Assembly: GCF_000485595.1 (NCBI RefSeq) | Contig: NW_014577071.1 | Location: 610,942 to 658,530 of the forward strand | Length of the DNA stretch: 47,589 bases | DNA from: Priapulus caudatus | Taxonomy: Eukaryota | Direction: 5' to 3' | Part shown: piece after piece, positions 36,400-47,589 of the stretch | How the letters are laid out: the number at the start of each line of letters is the position of its first letter | Position numbering within the stretch: the first letter of the stretch is position 1 | Position numbers and translations under genes: made by a program | The notes under the pieces: generated by a model | Database searches by the model: none | What the model was told of the DNA's origin: nothing | What the model saw: only the letters and a program-made list of their open reading frames with translations

Positions 36400-38182
36400 C
36401 AAGCTAACAGGTCTCAGATGGAGCAAACAATCAGGCAAGTGATCATTGTATTACTGTTTTAAACAAACTAGGAAGGCTACTAACAGTACGACACCACTTG
36501 ACTATTTTTCTTCCGATGAGCACATTTTAATACATTTTGCAAATTTTCGTATGAACCTGAGTTTAAAACCACACACGAACTTCATGCCATTGGTTTTGTA
36601 CGCGAGGTTCGGAAGCCCCGTTATCTCTTAAATCGCGTGTGGGCGGCTGCGTCGAATTTCGACTGGACATGCCGATGACGTAACTAAAATCGTTGCTGAT
36701 GCGCATGCGCAGAAGACTCGCGGGCTGCGCCTGCGTCATCGGCAACCGAGCGTGGCAGGAGGGAATCGCGGCGTAGCCCACGGCTCGAGACATCTTACAG
36801 ACATTTCTAAATTAATTGAGTGGAATTAAAACGTGTTCGGCTGGCCTAGAGCCAATATCGACGCGACAATGTATGCTGACAGGGCTAGCTGCAACAATTG
36901 CCCCCTAACGCTGCTGTTTCCAACCATTCATTCTAATCCACGATCGCCAGCTTTGTAAATACCTACCGACAGAGACTCGCTATAGGCTCTTTCGACTTAA
37001 TTCGACGTCATCATCTAGATGGATCACAGCGGTTGCCCGTATGAATAAAGTGTTTATAGTAATCGTTTGCGTATACCGCCGTGGGCGATTCATCAATTTC
37101 GTATATCCGAAATTTGAAATGCTCGAGACAAAAATTTAACATCCGAGTAATTTAACATCGGCGCAGTCATCACGAGTTAAGCAGCTTTCATCGAGAAAAT
37201 CCCACTTCCTTTTTCCACGGCTGAAGACAGGATTATGCAAAATTATTCGCACCGGCTATAGCCGCAGTAATCGAAACGAGCGTCATTTGTTTTCATTGCG
37301 GTGAAAGCATTTATTGATCGGCCATATTGATTGGCCACCCATTCCCCCGATGCCCCGTACTAAGACAGCAACGGAGGTTGCCGACTTGTGGCGTCAATTA
37401 ATATCTACACGCCGCCACCGATAGTGTCTTTAGATTCACATAATACTCTGCGTTTAAGGAAAAATCACATCAATTTTCATAATCACTTGACAGCACGTCA
37501 TTTTATTGAATCCCATGAACTAATCTTCCCTAACACAACTCAACAGAAAGGGGGCGGGAGCGAGAGCAAAAGAGAGAGAGAGAGAGAGAGTGAGAAAATG
37601 AGAAAAGAGAGAGAGAGAGAGAGAGAGAGAGAAAATAAAACGGACATAAGGAAAAAAGGGCGGCGAAAACAAGTGGCATCGATAGTAGTGCGTGATAGAA
37701 AAAATACAGACAGCAAGACAACATTTAAGACGACGGCAGACATGCATCAGACAGAGGAGATATATGTCCGATGATAATGAGTAAGCGAGAAGGTGAAAAA
37801 AGACAAGAGAGAATAAAGAATTGAATGAGAGAGGAGACTGAGAAAGAAAGAGAGGAAAAAGGAAAGACGAGAGAGAGATGAGAAGAGAGAGAGAGACGGA
37901 GAGAGAACGACGAGAGAAGAGGACTATAAAGACGAGGAGAGATGAGACGAGAGAAGAGGAGAGAGAGAGGGACGGACGAGAGAAAGAGCGAAAAGAGGAA
38001 ATAGAGAGAGAAGAGAGAGAGAGAGAACGAGAGAGGAAGAAAGAGAAAGGAGAGAGTGGAGGGAGAGAGAGAGAGAGAAGGAGAGAGGGAGAGAGACGGA
38101 GAAAAAAGCGAGAAAGAGGAATAATGAGGGAAGAGGAGAAGGAGACGGAGAAGAGAGAAGCGAGAGAGAGGAGACGAAGAGC

Positions 38183-38213
<31 letters not shown>

Positions 38214-39257
38214 AAGAGAGAGAGAGGGAGACGAGAGGCGAGAGAAAGAGAGTGTGAGAGAGAGCATGATGATATGAGATGAGGAGAATCGCCCGAGAGA
38301 GAGCCAATGTACGTCACAGGCTAGTTAGTAACTGCAGTGTATTAAATCTCTAGATTGAATATTCATAACACCCAACCGATATCGATCCATATATAACATA
38401 ACGTGATACGAGGTATGTTGTATTTAAATGATATTACCATTACCGATAAATCGTTAAAAAACGCGGCCTTCCTTTCTATAAATCGTCCAAAAATACATTT
38501 TTAAAAGCGCCCAAATGTTACTGGGAACAGACCATCTGTTTCTCTGACATCAAATTAAATATCACATAACCCTTCCAGATGCTTTGATGATTAATTTATA
38601 ACGCAGCCCCTATGTTCTTAGAACTGAAACATTTTTTCTACTTTCGACCGACCATGTTTCGTCTTTAATGCTTTCACCTAAATATTTACAGTTCGGAGGC
38701 AGTGTGAGTGAGGATTTGTGTTTCTGATATTATAGCTAGAAGCTAAAGCTTTTAGAAGACAAAACTTCGCACGATTTTACCACGGACGCGTCGCACGACG
38801 TAATGTTTTAACGATGAACTCACGGCGAGCGTAAATACACCATACGCGCGAGCATATGTCTTAGGATCGCCACAATGGCGGCAGAAATGGCCAGTTTTGT
38901 TTACGTTCCCAGCGCAATGAGACAAACAAACAAAAATGCAAACACTTTTCTGTTTCACTGCCTGTCCTCTCCCGTACGACAAATACATTGACATTGACAA
39001 ACACAATTTTGATTATGCAGCCAACCTGAGAGACATTGCTGATAATAGCTGTAGAGTTTGTTGCTGCTACTCAATCAAATAAGAGCATCGCTGAACCAGT
39101 ATTCGACATTAGACTCCTTAGATACAGAGCCTTACGTAGCATTTGAAGCAAGCATACCATCCACACAGATATAACCAGCTAGCAAAGGGTCAGGCCGTAG
39201 ATATTAGTTGCAATATTATCGGCACACCCCATAGTTAACGCAGAGAGCATAATATAC

Positions 39258-39433
39258 TAGATGCTATGGCAAAGTGTAAACACTTAGATCTTAGAAGCTA
39301 TAGCAAAGTGAAAGCACTTATACATTAGACGCTATAGCAAAGCATAAGCACTTATACATTAGCCGCTACAGCAAAGCGTAAGCACTTATACATTAGAAGC
39401 AATAGCAAAGCACAAGCACTTATGTTAGACGCA
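39258..39433. repeat. 34-bp minisatellite (GCTATAGCAAAGYRTAAGCACTTATACATTAGAM), about 5 copies
   Basis: Units start at 39263, 39297, 39331, 39365 and 39399. Confidence 0.92.
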
Positions 39434-39654
39434 AGACGAGCAGCCGAACGCGATGTTAGACGCGTGATCAGCGCTGAGGCACAAGAAGCTGCAGTAGAAA
39501 CATAATCGCTAGCTGTGAGCTTCGCACCCGCTGAGTGCTTGACTATTGCTGCATTCATGACCGTCCGGATATTGAACGGCAATTACACATAAAGGCGCAT
39601 AAATAAACGGTCGCGTGTCGATCCGCCGACGAAGTGGGCGGAGGAATTCATCTA

Positions 39655-39800
39655 GCGTTGTTAGTGTCAGAGGCCCATGCGAGTCTCGTGCCCCATGCGT
39701 TCTGGCATGCAGCGAGCGAGAGAGCGAGGCGTTGTTAGTGTCAGAGGCCCATGCGAGTCTCGTGCCCCATGCGTTCTGGCATGCAGCGAGCGAGAGAGCG
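39655..39800. repeat. 74-bp near-exact tandem duplication
   Basis: GCGTTGTTAGTGTCAGAGGCCCATGCGAGTCTCGTGCCCCATGCGTTCTGGCATGCAGCGAGCGAG at 39655 and 39729. Confidence 0.95.
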
Positions 39801-40183
39801 AGAGAGGGAGAGCGCGAGAGAGCGATAGAGATAGAGAGGGTGAGAGAGAGAAGGAGCGAGAGAGCGAGCGAGAAAGAGAGAGTGAGAGAGAGGGAGCGAG
39901 AGAGGGAGCGAGAAAGCNNNNNNNNNNNNNNNNNNNNNNNNNNNNNNNNNNNNNNNNNNNNNNNNNNNNNNNNNNNNNNNNNNNNNNNNNNNNNNNNNNN
40001 NNNNNNNNNNNNNNNNNNNNNNNNNNNNNNNNNNNNNNNNNNNNNNNNNNNNNNNNNNNNNNNNNNNNNNNNNNNNNNNNNNNNNNNNNNNNNNNNNNNN
40101 NNNNNNNNNNNNNNNNNNNNNNNNNNNNNNNNNNNNNNNNNNNNNNNNNNNNNNNNNNNNNNNNNNNNNNNNNNNNNNNNNNN

Positions 40184-40234
<51 letters not shown>

Positions 40235-41294
40235 CCACGGCTCTTCACGCGAATTAAACCCGACACGTCGCAGCGTCGGGAGCCGGCTGCCTCAGTTTTT
40301 TCCAGCGTCCCGATGATCTCGAGGCTAGCGCTTCGCCGCAGCCGCGGTGGGTCAATAATTTCTTGAATACATATAACGCAGAGGGCACCGATGTCAAGTC
40401 GAATCGCTTAGCAGGCGTCCTGCCGCCCGAACGAAGCCATGCACGCGCCAAAACGCTTCCGCGCAGCATCCTCCATCGAACGCTTGATCTCTTTGCGTCC
40501 CCGCGAATCCTTTAAATAATAGATGGCATGCTAATTTGCTTCTCAATTAAATAATCGTGATCGTATCGAACGCGAAATATATTTGGCTCCCGAGCTCGGG
40601 CTGGTTATGATGATGACGACGATGGTGGTGCGTCTATCCGAGCTATATGCGGCGACCGCAAAAAAATATTTCGTTTACGTTGCTCATCGATTTTGAACTC
40701 ACGAATGAATGAGCGCGCGCACGCTGTCGCTTAGAGAACACGGTGGCACACGCTAATTAAAACAAACTCAACCGTATGCATTTCATCGCGTTTCTCGCGC
40801 GAGAGCGCACGCCGCCGCAGTGTTACAGTATATCTATCTCTTCGCGGAAAAATACGCGAGCCTATATACACCTAATATTATTGATTATGCGTCCGAGCAA
40901 CCGACTCGGTAGTCGGTGTTAATGGTCCTCGACTGACAGTTCGTATCACGCGCGTATTGTTGGTGCCAACATGCTGCCTCAACGAAATCCATTATCCCCC
41001 AATTCTAAAACTAAAACCGCATCGTCCAGTCGAACGAAACATCGGCGGGCTGGTCGGTAAGTGTCGTGACACGTGTTTGTCTATATAGAGTGAAGCAAGA
41101 GCGGGGAACATTAGTGGCCGAATTGCGAACGTCTTGTCAAACATGGAAAAGGGAAAGAAACGAGACGCGGCACGAAAATGTATTTAGAGAGTGTCAACAT
41201 CGGAGCTGGAGGGGAGGGGGAAGGGGAAGCTACACAGTGGGCACTGCCGTCACCCCCTGCCCTGGGATATTGCCGGTCGTCGGCAATATCCACT

Positions 41295-41530
41295 AGTAGC
41301 CAACAGGACCAAGTGGCAACCAACAGTAGCCGAAGATAACCGACTGCAACCGATGGTAACCGATGGTAGCCGACGGTGACCGACGATACCCGAAGGTAGT
41401 CGATCGTAACCGATCGTATCCGATGGTAGCCGACAATACTCAATGATACCCGAAAGTAGTCGATCGTAACCGATCGTATCCGATGGTAGCCGACAATACC
41501 CGATGATAGCCGACGGCGGTCGATAACTGA
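41295..41530. repeat. 10-bp-period repeat (CCGATGGTAG-like) with an internal 60-bp higher-order duplication
   Basis: CGATCGTAACCGATCGTATCCGATGGTAGCCGACAATAC at 41401 and 41461. Confidence 0.88.
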
Positions 41531-41894
41531 TGGTGGGCGGCAGCCATCGATTTAATAAAAAAAATGTTAATAAACGTCAGCTGAAATATTTAGCAAATAT
41601 TTGATTTAAGCTAATTGACAAACGCCTGCGACGGTCGGCGTTTGAGAGAGACGTTCATAATCGAATTCAGCGCTGCGTGCAACTGTGATTGACGTCAAGC
41701 AGCTTTTTTCTTCTGCGTATAATGTCGTAAATAGCGATGCGCTACTTCTGCCATGTGCGGCTCACCGTCGGGGCTTGCATATGGTTATGCTGGGCATTAC
41801 CATGCTCTAGTAGATTTATAGATCTGACACTAGAGCGCGTATACTGTAGCGCAAGGCTCAGATGTAGGAAGAACGCACGCGCATGAACGCGCGC

Positions 41895-42082
41895 GCACGC
41901 ACATCAGCACGCACACCAGCACGCGCACCAGCACGCGCACCAGCACGCACACCAGCACGCACACCAGCACGCACACCGGCACACGCACCAGCACGCGCAC
42001 CAGCACGCACACCAGCACGCACACCAACACGCGCACGAACATCAGCACGCACACCAGCACGCACATCAGCACGCGCACGCAC
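41895..42082. repeat. 12-bp minisatellite (CAGCACGCACAC)n
   Basis: Direct reading. Confidence 0.93.
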
Positions 42083-42938
42083 GCGAACTCGAGCTTAAAT
42101 CGCGCTACGTGCACGCATTTTGATTAAGTGATGCATCGAGTTCCCCCCGAGTAGGTGCTTGCGAGGCCCGTAGCGTGAGACTTCGTCTCTACGATGCACC
42201 GATGGGGGGAGGGCACTCGTTGTGTAATCGAGATTCCACACTCCAAGGACACGTGGCCGCCAGAAACCAACGATGCCGGTCACGGTACGTCTCCGTTTCC
42301 CAGGTCCTGCGCCGTGGCTGCATATGAAATACCACGCGCGTGTGGCGGGACGTGTGCGCGCAAGAGCTGCTCGAGCGATAGCTCTTAAAATTCTTTCCGT
42401 CGACAATATGGCTTCAGAAGTGGCAGTGTGCTGTACCCGTTGTCCATAGAGAGTCTGATTTGATTGAACTTTCTGAGCGCCGTATACACATAACAAATTG
42501 ACTGTGCGGAGCCTGCAAACTCGAGCCAAAGTCGTCTGATAAAGAGTGTCATCAATAGGAGCAATTACCCGCTCATTCTGACCTCTATTCAAACAGATCC
42601 ATCTGTACAATATAGTTGGCTGCGCTGTGTACACTGCGGGCCGGTATTATTCGGCTAAGTTTATGAGGGTCTGTGCTCCGAGAACAAATTTCATGTCGCA
42701 CGATCGGGCGATTCATGAGCCCATCTGTATTTCGTAATCTGCTTCCTGCATGGGCGAACGCTGACCGTATCTGAGACGACAATTCACAGGTTTATACCCA
42801 TAAATCACTTTACCGCGGGCCACACCCCCCAGTCTCCCCCTCAGGCGCAATTACAGAAGCGCAAACATTGCCCGGGAATAAGGGCAATGATTAGATTTCG
42901 GGGCTGGAAACAAGACCGTCATCGGCAGCGACGTGAAC

Positions 42939-43199
42939 GTTGACGATGGCCGATGGGGACTCGTACACGAGGGGGAGATCCGATCCACGTTCATCACATA
43001 CCCGAGGTAGTGGCAGCGTGCGTGCAACACCCGGGCCCTCCTCTGAGACGCTGGTATTGCCAGTTTATGCGTTGGCGATGGCCGGTGCGTGGGGATTCGT
43101 ACACGAGGGGGAGATCCGATCCACGTTCACTACATACCCGAGGTAGTGGCAGCGTGCGTGCAACACCCGGGCCCTCTTCTGAGACGCTGGTATTGCCAG
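42939..43199. repeat. ~132-bp tandem duplication
   Basis: GTTGRCGATGGCCG...TCGTACACGAGGGGGAGATCCGATCCACGTTCA...CTGAGACGCTGGTATTGCCAG starting at 42939 and 43071. Confidence 0.93.
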
Positions 43200-43235
43200 G
43201 ATATACGCTCGAGTTCGCTTGGAAATTGCGCGAAG

Positions 43236-43266
<31 letters not shown>

Positions 43267-44716
43267 CGGAGAGACGAGGGAGAGGGAGAGATAGAGAGAG
43301 GAGGAAGAGGAGAGGAGAGAGAAGAGGGAGAGAGAAGAGATGGAAGGAGGAGAGAGGAGAGGACGGCGGCGGGGACGTGGTCACGCAAGCCACTGCAGTG
43401 CACTGCACGCAGCGGCGACGGCAGGGGCACGCCGACGGCGTGAGGGGCAGCCGCACCGGGCGGCGTCCTGCTGAAGGATGAATGAATATGCGAGGACGGT
43501 GTGCCAGCCGGAGTTTGACGGCTGGTGCACTCGCGGATGCGGTTTGGATTAACGCTTGCCGAATTGAGACGGTTCGTGGCGGGGTGTGTGTGTGTGGGCG
43601 TTCACAGGGGGTGTGTTGATCACAGAGGACGCGAGAAACCGCCCGCTGAGAGGGATGCGGCAGGAGGCGCAGTCGAGCGATATGTAACCATGTTTTCGGC
43701 GGGGGGCTGGTGGTGCAGGTTAGACGTGAAGTGCGTTGCAGTTGCGTTTCGTTCGGGCCACGTGCCACTCAAAGTCCTGTCATTGCGCGAGGGTCGTGAA
43801 GTGGTGGGGGCAGGCGGGGGGGGGCGGGCGCGGCGGGGCAATGAAGATTGGAAGGAGCCAGCTAGGCGAGGAAAGAGATATTGTCGGGCGCGCACGGTAT
43901 TCTGGGCCGCCGACGCGACGAGGGAGGGCGGGGTCCTCGTCGGCTGTCGCAGGTCGGCAGAGCGTTGGGTGTAGCGATGGGTCGTCGTTCGCCGCATGCA
44001 ATATTAGCCGAGGCCTACGAGAGAGAATATAACGACTCCCACGCCTGCCCGTAGTACGGGGGGGTGGGGGGTGGGGCGGGGGCGTGGGCGTGGTGCGTAT
44101 TCTGTCCATTCGATGATTAGGCCCACTGGATAAGTAAGACGGGTGTGAGGGGCGGGTATTGATGTAGTGTATATATGATACGTATAGTAGGTAGTAGTAT
44201 GATAGTAGTATAGTATAATAGTAGTGAGGTAGTAGTATGATAGTAGTAGGTGGAATGGGGTGGGTGGTCCATCTTTTAGACGTAGGCCTGTAGGTCGTGG
44301 GTAGGATAATTGCCAGGCATTTCTCGGTGACCAAGATACGGAGGGCGTATGATGCGATTGGGAGATATGATATACGTTCGGTGTCCTCCTTTACGCACGA
44401 CTGTAATATTGTTGAGACTCGCTAGATGACANNNNNNNNNNNNNNNNNNNNNNNNNNNNNNNNNNNNNNNNNNNNNNNNNNNNNNNNNNNNNNNNNNNNN
44501 NNNNNNNNNNNNNNNNNNNNNNNNNNNNNNNNNNNNNNNNNNNNNNNNNNNNNNNNNNNNNNNNNNNNNNNNNNNNNNNNNNNNNNNNNNNNNNNNNNNN
44601 NNNNNNNNNNNNNNNNNNNNNNNNNNNNNNNNNNNNNNNNNNNNNNNNNNNNNNNNNNNNGAGGGAGAGAGAGAGAGAGGGGGAGGGAGGGCGAGGGTGT
44701 GGGAGGAGGGAGAGAT

Positions 44717-44755
<39 letters not shown>

Positions 44756-44939
44756 AAGAAAGATAGATAGAGAGATAGAGATCGAGGAGAGAGATGTGTG
44801 CGCGATAGAAAGTACGGGAGAGAGGAGAGAGAGAACAAAAATGCGGAGAGAGCGCGCAAGGTCTAACGTTTTCCGTATCGACAAAATGAAATGAAAATCG
44901 TGAGAAACGTACGTATATTAGTAATAAAAATTGCTCTAC

Positions 44940-45016
44940 CTCCATAATTCGGTCGTAGTCGCTTGTCATACTGCTTCAGAATATTCTCCAGGATGTCGGT
45001 AACGTTAACGCTGCCA
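44940..45016 (-). CDS. Rdl: RDL-like exon 2 (77 nt): N-terminal helix and YDKRLRPNYG motif
   Basis: Minus strand: polypyrimidine tract ...ttttcttgcag|T GGC AGC GTT AAC GTT ACC...TAT GAC AAG CGA CTA CGA CCG AAT TAT GGA G|gtagag. Phase 2 in, phase 1 out, compatible with exon 3. Confidence 0.93.
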
Positions 45017-46443
45017 CTGCAAGAAAAAAACGAGAAAATCACGTTTTACACTGAAAATCCTTATCGAGCGCAAAAATTTCATTCGTCGTCGTGATGCTTT
45101 GATGTTTCAATGCGCGATCGTGACATTGCGCACTGAAGTCAAACGTGCCCCTCCCACTCGCCTCTCGTGTACAGCAGCTATGGAAATCGGCGAGATGTAA
45201 CCTAACTTAGCCTATCTGTCATGTCAAATCTCATCATCAAAATTGCCCCAGTTGCGCTCCCTTGCCATTGCCCGCTGCTGCCTATCGGAGACTATAATAT
45301 GGATGCTATGGGCTGCATGTATAGGTTTGACATCGGGTTCACGTTCCGTAAGTGGATGGCAGAATTCACTAGCGATCTCCAAGGGCCAGCGGACCTGGCC
45401 AAGCGTTCTGTTTGCACGCGAGCGAGGGGCAGAATCGGACGAGTCTTCCATGCGAGCGTAATTCTGCGTTCAATTAAGCGCGCACGCACACATATAGTAA
45501 GTAAGTAAGTAAGTAAAAGCTTTATTTAACGACGGTAAAACATGTTAGGTACAGACACAATAAATTGGCGCGGACACTACGCACACGCTTCCACATGGTC
45601 GTCTCACAGCAACAGAACGGTTAAATATTAAATAAATACACAATAAGAGTTGAAAATATGCGGTTAAATGCTCCGACGGACTGTTCTCCGAGAACTCACT
45701 TCTCCCGGCTCACTTCTTCAATATCTGCTCGCGAGAGAATGAATGATAATTAGAGAGAAACTGAACCCTGTATATGCGCGACTTGTTGCCACGTATATCT
45801 ATTTCTGAAATAGTCATTAGATCACCAAGCAACCGCGGCAGACAAATGAACATGCGTGCGTCGAGGTGTGCGCGCTACGAAAAGCCCCCCTCCCTCAAAA
45901 ATAAGGATCCATGAGCAATAGTGTACTTTGTAGATGAGCATCATCAATATTTCATGCATCCCACATGTTTCATTGTCGACCAGGGGCGTTGATTCATCAG
46001 TGGCAGGTCTCAGCGCACCATCTATATCCCTTATTGAGGCGGTAATTCGCCTCCTATATATTATAGCGGTATACACCGAAAGAGAGAGAGAGAGAGAGAG
46101 AGCATGTGTTGTTGTCGCTGTCAGCATCACGGCTCTGTCTACACACCCGTGTGGCTTACAGGGGACGTAAAGGCCTGTTTCTAACTAGAATAAATGGATT
46201 ACTTTATCCGATCAACTTAGGCACCGATGAAAATTGCCATATATAGGCGCTTAGATTCCGTATAAATAAACAGAAGGCCTGTCACTGACGACGCGTATTA
46301 ACGCTGGAGTGAAGCACGAATGAATAGAGCGAGCGATAAGAGCAGTACGCCGAGAAAAGAAGGTGAGCGAACGAGATGGATGAGGAAGAAATAGATACAT
46401 AGAGATAAGGAATGAAGAGCGAGAGAGATAGTGGGAGAATGAG

Positions 46444-46505
<62 letters not shown>

Positions 46506-46536
46506 GGAGAGCAAGCGGTAGTAATATATATATATA

Positions 46537-47563
<1,027 letters not shown>

Positions 47564-47589
47564 AGAGTAGAGTAAGAGAGAGAGAGAGA

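Larger units (their letters stand above)
1727..45016 (-). other. Rdl: Partial multi-exon gene: GABA-gated chloride channel subunit (Cys-loop ligand-gated ion channel, RDL-like); 5' and 3' exons not found in window
   Basis: Exons joined 2-3-4-5-6-7 with compatible phases give GSVNVTDILENILKQYDKRLRPNYGG/EGVQVNVSMHVLYIGSMSEVGM/DFTSDFYFRQFW...IWVPDTFFVNEK...VSLR/LTLTAMCTMHLADFPLDSQRCPIEIES/YGYSAKDI...TSTG/TYSRL...[60 protein letters not shown] and [17 protein letters not shown] are characteristic of RDL. Orthology has not been tested. Confidence 0.9.

Noticed and set aside
41801..41839. Imperfect 39-bp hairpin CATGCTCTAGT...ACTAGAGCGCG as another footprint
   Set aside because: Arms have a 3-nt bulge and mismatched ends, and the flanking 7-mers do not match.
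42095..42634. 179-aa minus-strand ORF
   Set aside because: No recognisable domain or splice signals; consistent with a chance ORF.
45243..45461. Signal-peptide-like plus-strand ORF (MPQLRSLAIARCC...) considered as exon 1
   Set aside because: Wrong strand for the channel gene. No convincing minus-strand signal-peptide exon with a phase-2 donor was found in 45017-47589.
45955..46010. Minus-strand CTGATGA...GAAA as a hammerhead ribozyme core
   Set aside because: Stems II and III cannot form and no correctly placed NUH cleavage triplet is present.

Overview
Eukaryotic, most likely invertebrate, genomic DNA. It is very rich in microsatellites, has seven N-gaps, and several stretches look like error-prone long-read gap fill. 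The only gene I can support is on the minus strand: a Cys-loop GABA-gated chloride channel subunit of the RDL type. Seven coding exons are visible, numbered by homology: E2 44940-45016, E3 14191-14258, E4 8814-9058, E5 9477-9559, E6 4066-4203, E7 3344-3558 and an indel-damaged E8 at about 1727-1965. The signal-peptide exon and the TM4 exon were not found in the window. Two observations stand out. (1) The Cys-loop exon E5 lies upstream of E4 in transcription order, and only the non-collinear join 3-4-5-6 keeps the frame open; a split minisatellite suggests a block swap at (TG)n tracts, most likely a misassembly. (2) There are two 39-bp palindromes with perfectly paired arms, CA...TG ends and exact 7-bp target-site duplications, resembling P/Galileo-superfamily excision footprints, plus degenerate relatives. 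The rest is intronic: two inverted-repeat (MITE/foldback-like) elements, many minisatellites, and a ~300-bp segment present twice. Nearly all ORFs in the supplied track are repeat-derived.
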